Assembly (NCBI GenBank): GCA_031370475.1
Contig: JANMQL010000181.1
Coordinates: 1-49,217, forward strand
Length of the DNA stretch: 49,217 bases
Direction of reading: 5' to 3'
DNA from: Hyphomicrobiales bacterium
GTDB taxonomy: Bacteria > Pseudomonadota > Alphaproteobacteria > Rhizobiales > Aestuariivirgaceae
Made by a program: the position numbers and the translations under genes. The notes under the pieces were generated by a model. It saw only the letters and a list, made by a program, of their open reading frames with translations. It was not told the origin of the DNA and searched no databases. Positions 37,178 to 45,875 of this stretch are shown here, piece after piece (position 1 is the stretch's first letter; every line of letters starts with the position of its first letter).

Positions 37178-38761
37178 GTGGCCACTTCACTCGAAACCGA
37201 GGTTTCGCGGCGGCGGACCTTCGCCATCATCTCGCACCCGGACGCGGGCAAGACGACGCTCACCGAAAAGCTGCTGCTGTTCGGCGGCGCCATCCAGCTT
37301 GCCGGGCAAGTGCGCGCCAAGGGCGACCGCAGGCGAACCCGCTCGGACTGGATGTCCATCGAGCGGGCGCGTGGCATTTCCGTCGTTACCTCGGTGATGA
37401 CCTTCGAATATGGCGGTTGCGTCTTCAACCTGCTGGATACGCCGGGCCACGAGGACTTTTCCGAGGACACCTACCGGACGCTGACCGCCGTCGATGCCGC
37501 CGTAATGGTGATCGACGGCGCCAAGGGCATCGAGGCGCGCACCCGCAAGCTCTTCGAAATCTGCCGGCTGCGCGATATTCCGATCATCACCTTCATCAAC
37601 AAGATGGACCGCGAGGCCCGCGAGCCGCTCGACCTGCTCGACGAGATCGAGAAGGGCCTGGCCTTGACCGTCGCCCCCATGGTCTGGCCCATCGGCCAAG
37701 GCCGCGACTTCGCCGGAACCTACGACCTGATGACGCCCAGGGTGCGGCGCATCGACGAGGACCCGGCGGGAACAGCGGTCTCGGGCCCGGACGATCCGCT
37801 GATCGCCGGCCTGCTCAAGGGCGATGCGCTTGCCCACTGGCGCGAGGAAGCCGGCCTGGTCGGCGATCTCGCCCACCGTTTCGACCGCCAGGCGTTTCTG
37901 GAAGGCCATCTGTCGCCGGTCTATTTCGGCTCGGCGCTGCGCAATTTCGGAGTGCGCGATCTGCTCGAGGCGCTCATCGCCCATGCGCCGCCGCCCCGCG
38001 ACCAGGCGGCGTCGAGCCGCGTCGTGCATGCGACGGAGCCGAAGATGACCGGCATCGTCTTCAAGATCCAGGCCAACATGGACCCCAATCACCGCGACCG
38101 CATCGCCTTCATGCGCCTGGCCTCGGGCAAGCTGACGCGCGGCATGAAGGTGAAGATCGTCCGCACGGGCAAGACCTTGGCGCTCAACGCGCCGCAATTC
38201 TTTTTCGCCCAGGACCGCTCGCTGGCGGAAGAGGCCTATGCCGGCGACGTGGTCGGCATTCCCAATCACGGCATCCTGCGCATCGGTGACACGCTGACCG
38301 AGGGCGAGGACATCGCCTTCACCGGAGTTCCCAGTTTTGCGCCGGAAATCCTCAGGCGCGTCAAGCTCGGCGACCCGATGAAGGCCAAGAAATTGCGCGA
38401 AGCGCTGGAACAGCTTGCCGAGGAAGGTGTTGTGCAACTTTTCGTCCCGGCCGACGGCTCGCCGGCCATCGTCGGCGTGGTCGGCGCCCTGCAGCTCGAC
38501 GTCCTGGCCGACCGGCTGGCCAACGAATATGGCGTGCCCGTGAGCTTCGAGCCGTCGCGCTACGAAACCATGCGCTGGATTTCCTGCGACGAGCCCAAGA
38601 AGCTCGACGAGTTCATCGCCGCCAACCGCTTTTCCATCGCCAACGATCTTGACGGCGCCCCGGTGTTCATGGCCCAATCGCCTTTCAGCCTGAATTACAC
38701 GCTGGAGCGGGCCCCCGGCATCAAGGCCGTCGAGATCAAGGAAATGCAGCGCGCGTCATGA
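37178..38761 (+). CDS. prfC: Peptide chain release factor 3
   Basis: RRRTFAIISHPDAGKTTLTEKLLL, DTPGHEDFSEDTYR and QANMDPNHRDRIAF; probable GTG start. Confidence 0.97.
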   Translation: MATSLETEVSRRRTFAIISHPDAGKTTLTEKLLLFGGAIQLAGQVRAKGDRRRTRSDWMSIERARGISVVTSVMTFEYGGCVFNLLDTPGHEDFSEDTYRTLTAVDAAVMVIDGAKGIEARTRKLFEICRLRDIPIITFINKMDREAREPLDLLDEIEKGLALTVAPMVWPIGQGRDFAGTYDLMTPRVRRIDEDPAGTAVSGPDDPLIAGLLKGDALAHWREEAGLVGDLAHRFDRQAFLEGHLSPVYFGSALRNFGVRDLLEALIAHAPPPRDQAASSRVVHATEPKMTGIVFKIQANMDPNHRDRIAFMRLASGKLTRGMKVKIVRTGKTLALNAPQFFFAQDRSLAEEAYAGDVVGIPNHGILRIGDTLTEGEDIAFTGVPSFAPEILRRVKLGDPMKAKKLREALEQLAEEGVVQLFVPADGSPAIVGVVGALQLDVLADRLANEYGVPVSFEPSRYETMRWISCDEPKKLDEFIAANRFSIANDLDGAPVFMAQSPFSLNYTLERAPGIKAVEIKEMQRAS

Positions 38762-39477
38762 ATCTCCTGCCGGTCGATTTCGGACTGCCCCATGCCGCGG
38801 CGATCGGCCTGATCTTCGCGCTGTGGGGACTTTACGGGCCCATCCTCCGGATCTTCGCCAAAGGCAGCCTCAACACCCAGCTCCACGCAGTGCGCATGCG
38901 CTGGCTGCGCATGCACCAGGGCACCGAGCGCGAGCATCGGGTGTTCGACGCAATCATGCTGGGCCACATCTCGGGCTCGATTTCCTATTTCGGGTCGGCG
39001 ACGCTCTTGGTGCTGGCCGGCCTCGTTGGCACGCTGGTCAACGTCAACCGCATCTATATCGTGTCGCGCGAACTCAAATTCCTGGCGCCGATGAGCGCCG
39101 ATCTGTTCACACTCTATTTCGCCATCCTGACATTGATCCTGGCCATGAGCTTTTTCGCCTTCACCTATGCGCTTCGCAAGATGTCCTATACTTTCGCGTT
39201 GCTGGGCGGCCTGCAGGATGCGCCGGACGATGCGGCGGAATCGCGCGTGATGGTGGAACAGTCGGCAACCGTGCTGACGGAAGCGGTGCGCAGCATCAAT
39301 CACGGCATCCGCGGCTTCTATTATGCCATCGCCGCGCTCTTCCTCTTCGCCGGCCCCACGATCTGTATCGGCGCCACCTTTTTCATCACCGGCATTTTGT
39401 TCTACCGGCAAATCTTTTCGCCGACCGCGCTGGCCATCGGAAAATATGTCGACGCCTTGTCGAAGCTCAAGGAATAA
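38758..39477 (+). CDS. DUF599-family membrane protein
   Basis: R..W motif, SYFGSATL and GIRGFYYAIA, with hydrophobic helices. Confidence 0.75.
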   Translation: MNLLPVDFGLPHAAAIGLIFALWGLYGPILRIFAKGSLNTQLHAVRMRWLRMHQGTEREHRVFDAIMLGHISGSISYFGSATLLVLAGLVGTLVNVNRIYIVSRELKFLAPMSADLFTLYFAILTLILAMSFFAFTYALRKMSYTFALLGGLQDAPDDAAESRVMVEQSATVLTEAVRSINHGIRGFYYAIAALFLFAGPTICIGATFFITGILFYRQIFSPTALAIGKYVDALSKLKE

Positions 39478-40108
39478 GTTGCGCCGCCTGGCGGGCCAGC
39501 ACCTCGATGCCCTTCCAATCCTTCGCCTCGACCAGTTTCTTCGGCACCATCCATGAGCCGCCGACGGTGATCACGTTGGCAAGCTTGAGATAGCGCGGCG
39601 CCGATTCGAGGGTGATGCCGCCGGTCGGGCAGAAGCTCACCTGCGGCAAGGGCGAGGCGAGCGAGGCCAGATAGGTGACGCCGCCGGCGGGCTCGGCGGG
39701 GAAGAATTTCTGGAAGCGGTAGCCGCGATCCATGAGGTGCATGCACTCCGTCGCCGTGGCGCTGCCCGGCAGAAGCGGGATGATCATGTCCTCGGCCGCG
39801 TCGAGCAGGGTTCTGGTTGAGCCGGGTGACACGGCGAAGGCGCAGCCGATATGCTCGGTCTCTTTCAGCTTCCTGCCGTCGAGCACCGTGCCGGCGCCGA
39901 CCACGGCGCCCTCTACCTCGGCGATGATCGCCCGGATGCATTCGAGCGCCGCCTTGGTGCGCAGCGTGATCTCGAGCACCTTCAGGCCGCCCTTGACCAA
40001 AGCGCGGGCCAGCGGCACCGCATCGGCGGCATTTTCGATGACCATCACCGGCACGACCGGGGCAGCCTTAAGGATCGCTTCCATGCCTTCCTGAACATCG
40101 CGTGTCAT
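39467..40108 (-). CDS. eda: KDPG aldolase
   Basis: VVPV, LEITLRT, GAGTV, AVSPG, KFFPAE, FCPTGGI and VGGSW. Confidence 0.96.
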   Translation of the reverse strand: MTRDVQEGMEAILKAAPVVPVMVIENAADAVPLARALVKGGLKVLEITLRTKAALECIRAIIAEVEGAVVGAGTVLDGRKLKETEHIGCAFAVSPGSTRTLLDAAEDMIIPLLPGSATATECMHLMDRGYRFQKFFPAEPAGGVTYLASLASPLPQVSFCPTGGITLESAPRYLKLANVITVGGSWMVPKKLVEAKDWKGIEVLARQAAQLIP

Positions 40109-40109
40109 C

Positions 40110-41933
40110 TCAAACCTCCTGGAAAATCGAAGCGCCCTGATCGGCGCGCCCGGCAATGGCGCGGAAGGCGGAGAACAGCTCGCGGCCGGTGCCGGACCAA
40201 TTGACTGCAAGATCGGTTTGCGCCGGTGCCCGCGCCGCGAATTCCGCCTCGCTCACCAGCACCTCAAGACGGCCTCCGTCGGCATCGACGCGGATCATGT
40301 CGCCGTCGCGGATGCGGGCGATGGGGCCGCCGTCGGCGGCTTCCGGTGTCACATGAATGGCGGCCGGCACCTTGCCGGAAGCCCCCGACATGCGGCCGTC
40401 GGTGACCAGCGCCACGCGCAAGCCCCGGTCCTGAAGCACGGCGAGCGGCGGCGTCAGGCGATGCAGCTCGGGCATGCCGTTGGCCTTGGGTCCCTGGAAT
40501 CGTACCACCGCCACCACATCGCGGTTGAGCTCGCCCGCCTTGAAGGCGGCATGCAGTTCTTCCTGGGAATGGAACACGCGGGCCGGCGCCTCGATCACAT
40601 GGCGGTCGGCGGGAATGGACGAGGATTTGATCACCGCGCTGCCGAGATTGCCTTGCAGCACATTGAGACCGCCGGTCGTCTGGAAGGGATTGCCGCAGCC
40701 GCGCAGCACCGTCTCGTCGCCGGAAACCGAAGCCGCCTCGCGCCAGTCGAGTCCGCCGCCCGCTGCGAGTTTTGGTTCGACCAGATAGCCGTTAAGGCCG
40801 GTGCCCATGATCGTCGTCACATCTTCATGCAGAAGACCGGCGCACAGGAGTTCGCGGATGAGAAAGCCCATGCCGCCGGCCGCGTTGAAGTGGTTCACAT
40901 CGGCCTTGCCGTTCGGATAGATGCGGGTCATCAGCGGCACGACTTTGGAGAGTTCGGCGAGATCGTTCCAGATGAGCGAAATGCCGGCCGCCGCCGCCAT
41001 GGCGACGAGATGCATGGTGTGGTTGGTCGAGCCGCCGGTGGCGAGCAGGCCGACGACGCCGTTGACCACCGCCTTCTCATCGTAGATGCGGCCCACCGGT
41101 GTGTAATTGTTGCCGAGTGCGGTGATCGACAGGGCCTGTTTCGCCGATGCGCGGGTGATCTCGTCGCGCAGCTGGGTGCCGGGATTGACGAAAGTGGTGC
41201 CCGGCAGGTGCAGGCCCATCACTTCCATCAGCATCTGGTTGGAATTGGCGGTGCCGTAGAAGGTGCAGGTGCCGGGGCCGTGATAGGACTTGGCTTCGCA
41301 CTCGAGCAACGCATCGCGGCCCAGTTTGCCCTCGGCATAGAGCTGGCGGATTTTGCCCTTCTCTTCGTTGGCAAGTCCCGACGTCATCGGCCCCGCCGGA
41401 ATGAAGACGGCTGGCAGATGGCCGAAGGAGAGCGCGCCGATGATGAGCCCCGGCACGATCTTGTCGCAGACGCCGAGATAGACGGCGGCATCGAACATCT
41501 GGTGCGACAAGGCCACCGCCGTCGAGAGCGCGATCACATCGCGCGAGAACAGCGACAGTTCCATTCCCGTTTCGCCCTGGGTGACGCCGTCGCACATGGC
41601 GGGAACGCCGCCCGCAACTTGCGCCGTGCCGCCCGCCTGGCGCGCCGCGGCGCGGATGATATCGGGATAATGCTCGAAGGGCTGATGCGCAGAGAGCATG
41701 TCGTTATAGGCGGTGACGATGCCGAGATTGGGGCCTTGGCCGTTGCGCAGCGCCTCCTTGTCGTGCGTGTTACAAGCGGCGAAACCGTGGGCGATGTTGG
41801 CGCAGCCGAGCGCCTTGCGCCGGGGCTGGCGGGTGGCGGCCTCTTCGATGCGGTCGAGATAGCGGCGGCGCGTCTCGCGGCTGCGCGTGGCGATCTTCTC
41901 GGTGACGGCGGCGACGATGGCATGAACCGGCAT
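40110..41933 (-). CDS. edd: Phosphogluconate dehydratase
   Basis: [42 protein letters not shown] and [10 protein letters not shown]. Confidence 0.97.
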   Translation of the reverse strand: MPVHAIVAAVTEKIATRSRETRRRYLDRIEEAATRQPRRKALGCANIAHGFAACNTHDKEALRNGQGPNLGIVTAYNDMLSAHQPFEHYPDIIRAAARQAGGTAQVAGGVPAMCDGVTQGETGMELSLFSRDVIALSTAVALSHQMFDAAVYLGVCDKIVPGLIIGALSFGHLPAVFIPAGPMTSGLANEEKGKIRQLYAEGKLGRDALLECEAKSYHGPGTCTFYGTANSNQMLMEVMGLHLPGTTFVNPGTQLRDEITRASAKQALSITALGNNYTPVGRIYDEKAVVNGVVGLLATGGSTNHTMHLVAMAAAAGISLIWNDLAELSKVVPLMTRIYPNGKADVNHFNAAGGMGFLIRELLCAGLLHEDVTTIMGTGLNGYLVEPKLAAGGGLDWREAASVSGDETVLRGCGNPFQTTGGLNVLQGNLGSAVIKSSSIPADRHVIEAPARVFHSQEELHAAFKAGELNRDVVAVVRFQGPKANGMPELHRLTPPLAVLQDRGLRVALVTDGRMSGASGKVPAAIHVTPEAADGGPIARIRDGDMIRVDADGGRLEVLVSEAEFAARAPAQTDLAVNWSGTGRELFSAFRAIAGRADQGASIFQEV

Positions 41934-41947
41934 GGGCAACCTCTTGG

Positions 41948-42604
41948 TCAACGGCACCAGTAAAGGGTGAGCGGCGTCTTGGCGCGCAAGACGGCGCGCA
42001 CCGGCATGGCTTCGACGGGACCGTCCTTGAGCGCCAGATCGAGAACCTTGCGCTTTTCCGGGCCCTCGATGTGCAGCACAAGATAGCCCGTATCGGTCAA
42101 GACGGGGAGCGTGAATGTCAGGCGCGGCTCGCCGGCGGCGGGTGCGGTGATTGTGACGATGCGCTCCTTGGTCTCGGGATCGAGCGCCACCGCCAGATTG
42201 TCGCCGCCCGGAAAGAACGACGCCGTGTGGCCGTCCGTGCCCATGCCGAGAATGACGATATCGAAGGGCGGCAGTTCTACCGCGGCGGGATTGTCATAAA
42301 GCGGCACGAAGCGGGCAGGGGCGGCCTTGTCCTTGAGCAGCTGCGCCCGCACCAGCCTGGCGTTGGAGCGCTCGCTCGTCTCCGGCACCTGGCGCTCGTC
42401 GACCAGCGTGACCGTCACGGCAGTCCACGGAATGCCCATCCCCGAAAGTTTCTCGAAGAACAGTTTCGGCGTCTCGCCGCCGGAAACCGCCAGCGTCGCC
42501 TTGCCATTGGCGGCGATCAGGCGTCGCAGAGCGCTCGCCACGTCGCTCGCCAGATGCCAGGCAAGGCGCTCGCGGCCGGCGAAAAGCCGCTCCTTCTCGA
42601 TCAT
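41948..42604 (-). CDS. pgl: 6-phosphogluconolactonase
   Basis: [22 protein letters not shown] and [14 protein letters not shown]. Confidence 0.95.
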   Translation of the reverse strand: MIEKERLFAGRERLAWHLASDVASALRRLIAANGKATLAVSGGETPKLFFEKLSGMGIPWTAVTVTLVDERQVPETSERSNARLVRAQLLKDKAAPARFVPLYDNPAAVELPPFDIVILGMGTDGHTASFFPGGDNLAVALDPETKERIVTITAPAAGEPRLTFTLPVLTDTGYLVLHIEGPEKRKVLDLALKDGPVEAMPVRAVLRAKTPLTLYWCR

Positions 42605-44082
42605 AAATCCGTGTCCTCGTGCCAGGTGCGGCCGTCGCGCTCGATCAGCGCCACCGCCGCCGAAGGTCCCCAGGTGCCGGACGTATAAGGTTTCGGCGCA
42701 TCGGGCGAGGCCTTCCAGGCATCGAGGATGGGATCGATCCAGGCCCAGGCGGCCTCGACCTCGTCGCGGCGCATGAACAGGGTTTGGTTGCCGCGCACCA
42801 CATCCATGAGCAGGCGCTCATAGGCATCCGGGTTGCGCACCCCGAAGGCGTCGGCGAAGCTCATGTCGAGGGGCACATGCTGGAGGCGCATGCCGCCGGG
42901 GCCCGGATCCTTGATCATCAGCCAGAGCTTGACGCCCTCGCCGGGCTGCAGGCGGATCACCAGCCGGTTGGCCACGATCGGGCCGGCCGAGACATCGAAC
43001 ACCGAATGCGGAATGGGCTTGAAGGTGACGACGATTTCCGAGACGCGGTCTTCCAGGCGCTTGCCGGTGCGCAGATAGATGGGCACGCCGTTCCAGCGCC
43101 AGTTGGCGATTTCGGCCTTGAGCGCCACGAAGGTCTCGGTCTTCGAATCGGGCGAGCCCAACTCGTCGAGATAGCCGGGAACGGCGCCGCCGTTGGAGGC
43201 GCCGGCCCGGTATTGGCCGCGCACCGTGAAATTGGCCACCGCCTCGCCGGCAATGGGCTTCAGCGAGCGCAGTACCTTCAGCTTCTCGTCGCGCATGGCG
43301 TCGGCGGCGATCGAGGTGGGCGGCTCCATGGCAACGAGGCAGAGAAGCTGCAGCATGTGGTTCTGCACCATGTCGCGCAGCGCCCCGGCCGTGTCGTAGT
43401 AGCCGGCGCGTCCGCCGAGCCCCAGGGTCTCGGCCACGGTGATCTGCATGTGATCGATATGAGCGGAATTCCACAAAGGCTCGAACAGGGCATTGGCAAA
43501 GCGCAGCGCCATCAGGTTCTGCACGGTTTCCTTGCCGAGATAATGGTCGATGCGATAGACGGCGGGCTCGGCGAAGACGCGGGCGATGGTATCGTTGACG
43601 GCCTTGGCGGAGGCGCCCGATTTGCCCAGCGGCTTTTCGATCACCACGCGGCTCAAGGGCGTCGCCAGCCCGTGCCGGCCGAGACGATCGCAGATCGGCC
43701 CGAAGAGATCGGGGCCGACGGCCAGATAAAACACCCGGATGCGGTCGGGCTCGCCCTTGAGGGTCTTTTCCAGATCTTTCCAGCCCGCCTCCTGGGCGGC
43801 ATCGACGGTCACATAATCGAGGCGGGCGTAAAAGCGCTTGCAGGTCTCGGCGGGGCGCTGGGCTTCCGGCACATAGGCCTCGATGGCGGCCACGGCGAAG
43901 GCCTTGAAGGCCTCACGGCTCAGGGGCCGGCGCGAGGCGCCGATGATGCGGGCGCCTTCCGGTATCTGGGCCTGGTCGTCGCGGTGGAACAGCGCCGGCA
44001 GCAGTTTGCGCTGGGCCAGATCGCCGGTGGCGCCGAAGACGACGAGATCGAAGACATCGACTGGGATGATGCGGGTGGTCAT
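42601..44082 (-). CDS. zwf: Glucose-6-phosphate 1-dehydrogenase
   Basis: FGATGDLAQRKL, EKPLG, RIDHYLGKETVQN and DMVQNH. Confidence 0.97.
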   Translation of the reverse strand: MTTRIIPVDVFDLVVFGATGDLAQRKLLPALFHRDDQAQIPEGARIIGASRRPLSREAFKAFAVAAIEAYVPEAQRPAETCKRFYARLDYVTVDAAQEAGWKDLEKTLKGEPDRIRVFYLAVGPDLFGPICDRLGRHGLATPLSRVVIEKPLGKSGASAKAVNDTIARVFAEPAVYRIDHYLGKETVQNLMALRFANALFEPLWNSAHIDHMQITVAETLGLGGRAGYYDTAGALRDMVQNHMLQLLCLVAMEPPTSIAADAMRDEKLKVLRSLKPIAGEAVANFTVRGQYRAGASNGGAVPGYLDELGSPDSKTETFVALKAEIANWRWNGVPIYLRTGKRLEDRVSEIVVTFKPIPHSVFDVSAGPIVANRLVIRLQPGEGVKLWLMIKDPGPGGMRLQHVPLDMSFADAFGVRNPDAYERLLMDVVRGNQTLFMRRDEVEAAWAWIDPILDAWKASPDAPKPYTSGTWGPSAAVALIERDGRTWHEDTDL

Positions 44083-44234
44083 GGAATCCTGCTACAGCCC
44101 CTCTTGATGGGCGCCCCTCAATAGCCGCCAACGGTTTCCCATGGAACCCCTTGGTAATAATTCAATCCAAGTGATTTATTGTCACGGCGCTGGAATTTGG
44201 CTATGACTGTGGCAAAACCGGGGCGGAGCTGGCG

Positions 44235-45161
44235 ATGATTGTGTGCTGTGGCGAGGCGTTGATCGATTTCCTGCCCCGCATTTCAAGCGAGGGCGCGGCG
44301 GTCTACCAGCCCTTCTGCGGCGGCTCGATCTACAATACGGCGATCGCGCTTGGGCGGCTCGGCATCGAAACCGGCCTGTTCACCGGGATTTCCGGGGATT
44401 TCTTCGGTGACCAACTGCGCGAGGGCCTCAAGGCCAGCAAGGTCGATCTCAAATATATCAAGCCAAGCGGCTACCCCTCGATGCTGGCCTTCGTGAAGCT
44501 CGAAGACGGCCAGGCGCGCTATTCGTTCTTCAACGAGAATTCCGCCAGCCGGATGCTGACGCGCCAGGATTTGCCGAAGCTCGCGGGCAAGGTGCGGGCG
44601 CTGCATTTCGGCTCCATCAGCCTCATCGCCGAGCCGGGCGCCACGGCTCTCGAAGCCCTGATGCGGCGGGAGACGAAAACCCGGGTCATCTGCCTCGACC
44701 CGAATATCAGGCCGACGGTCATCGCCAACCGGCGCGCCTATCTGGCCCGCATCAATCGCATGATCGGTCTGTGCGATATTCTCAAGATATCCGATGAGGA
44801 CGTGGCGTGGATGACCGGCAAGCGGGACTTCGCGGCGGCGGCGCGCAAGTGGCTCAAGGCGGGAGCCAAAATCGTCGCCGTGACCAAGGGTGGCGAAGGT
44901 GTCGAGGCCTTCGCGGCGCGCTATTCGATCAAGCTAGCGTCGGTCCCGGTCAAGGTCGCCGATACGGTGGGGGCGGGCGACACATTCACCGCCGGCCTGC
45001 TGGCGGCCCTGGCGAAGGCTGAAAAGCTCGACAAGAAATCCCTCGCCACCATCGCCGAAAGCGATCTCCGCGATGCCCTCGCTTTCGCCACCCGCGCCGC
45101 CGCCATCACCGTCTCGCGCCCCGGCGCCGACCCGCCCTGGGCGCACGAGCTTGACAGTTAG
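44235..45161 (+). CDS. PfkB-family carbohydrate kinase (fructokinase-like)
   Basis: CCGEALIDF, DPNIRP, KISDED and DTVGAGDTF. Confidence 0.92.
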   Translation: MIVCCGEALIDFLPRISSEGAAVYQPFCGGSIYNTAIALGRLGIETGLFTGISGDFFGDQLREGLKASKVDLKYIKPSGYPSMLAFVKLEDGQARYSFFNENSASRMLTRQDLPKLAGKVRALHFGSISLIAEPGATALEALMRRETKTRVICLDPNIRPTVIANRRAYLARINRMIGLCDILKISDEDVAWMTGKRDFAAAARKWLKAGAKIVAVTKGGEGVEAFAARYSIKLASVPVKVADTVGAGDTFTAGLLAALAKAEKLDKKSLATIAESDLRDALAFATRAAAITVSRPGADPPWAHELDS

Positions 45162-45190
45162 GGTTGATCGGCATATGTTGCGGCATATGT
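45151..45190 (+). promoter_or_regulatory. sigma70 promoter and tandem operator of vapBC
   Basis: TTGACA (45151)-N17-TATGTT (45174), overlapped by CGGCATATGT at 45169 and 45181, each containing the CATATG palindrome. Confidence 0.65.
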
Positions 45191-45206
45191 CAAGTAGGGG
45201 CCGATC

Positions 45207-45431
45207 ATGCGGCATGTGAAACTTTTCAAGAACGGGCGCAATCAGGCGGTCCGCATTCCGCGCGATATGGAATTGCCCGGCGAGGACGCAATCATTCATC
45301 GCGAAGGCGAAAAACTCATCCTTGAACCGATGGCGACGCGCTCGCTGCTCAAAGTATTGGCAAATCTGAAGCCGCTCGAAGAAGAGATGCCGCCGATCGG
45401 CGAGTTGCCCATCGAGCCAGTCTCCTTGTGA
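45207..45431 (+). CDS. vapB: AbrB/VagC-type antitoxin VapB
   Basis: VKLFKNGRNQAVRIP...REGEKLILEP. Confidence 0.92.
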   Translation: MRHVKLFKNGRNQAVRIPRDMELPGEDAIIHREGEKLILEPMATRSLLKVLANLKPLEEEMPPIGELPIEPVSL

Positions 45432-45844
45432 CCGTCTATCTGCTCGACACCAACATCATCTCCGATCTCATTCACCGGCCGCAAGGCGCCGTCGCCGGGG
45501 CAATCGCGCGCGCCGGGGAAGAAAATATTTCCACCAGCATCGTCGTTGCCTGCGAGCTCCGCTATGGCGCGGCCAAGCGAGGATCGCGGGCGCTGAGCGA
45601 GCGAGTGGCGCTGGTTCTCTCGCTGATCAAGATCCGGCCGCTCGAATCTCCAGCCGATGAAGTCTATGGACAAATCCGTTCCCGGCTGGAACATGCGGGT
45701 AAGCTTATCGGGCCCAACGATCTTCTGATCGCGGCGCAGGCTATGACATTGGACGCAACATTGGTCACCGACAATGAACGCGAATTCTCCCGCGTAAAGG
45801 GACTTCGTGTCGCCAATTGGCTGCAGCCGCGGCGCGGCGCTTGA
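45428..45844 (+). CDS. vapC: PIN-domain toxin VapC
   Basis: YLLDTNIIS, ELRYG, NDLLIAAQA and LVTDNEREF; GTGA overlap with the antitoxin. Confidence 0.93.
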   Translation: MTVYLLDTNIISDLIHRPQGAVAGAIARAGEENISTSIVVACELRYGAAKRGSRALSERVALVLSLIKIRPLESPADEVYGQIRSRLEHAGKLIGPNDLLIAAQAMTLDATLVTDNEREFSRVKGLRVANWLQPRRGA

Positions 45845-45875
45845 CAATCGCCCGCTCACCCTAGACTGGAGCGGC

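Noticed and set aside
44130-44180. Weak dyads between zwf and the kinase gene as a HexR/LacI operator
   Set aside because: The arms are only about 5 bp and match no motif I can name with confidence.
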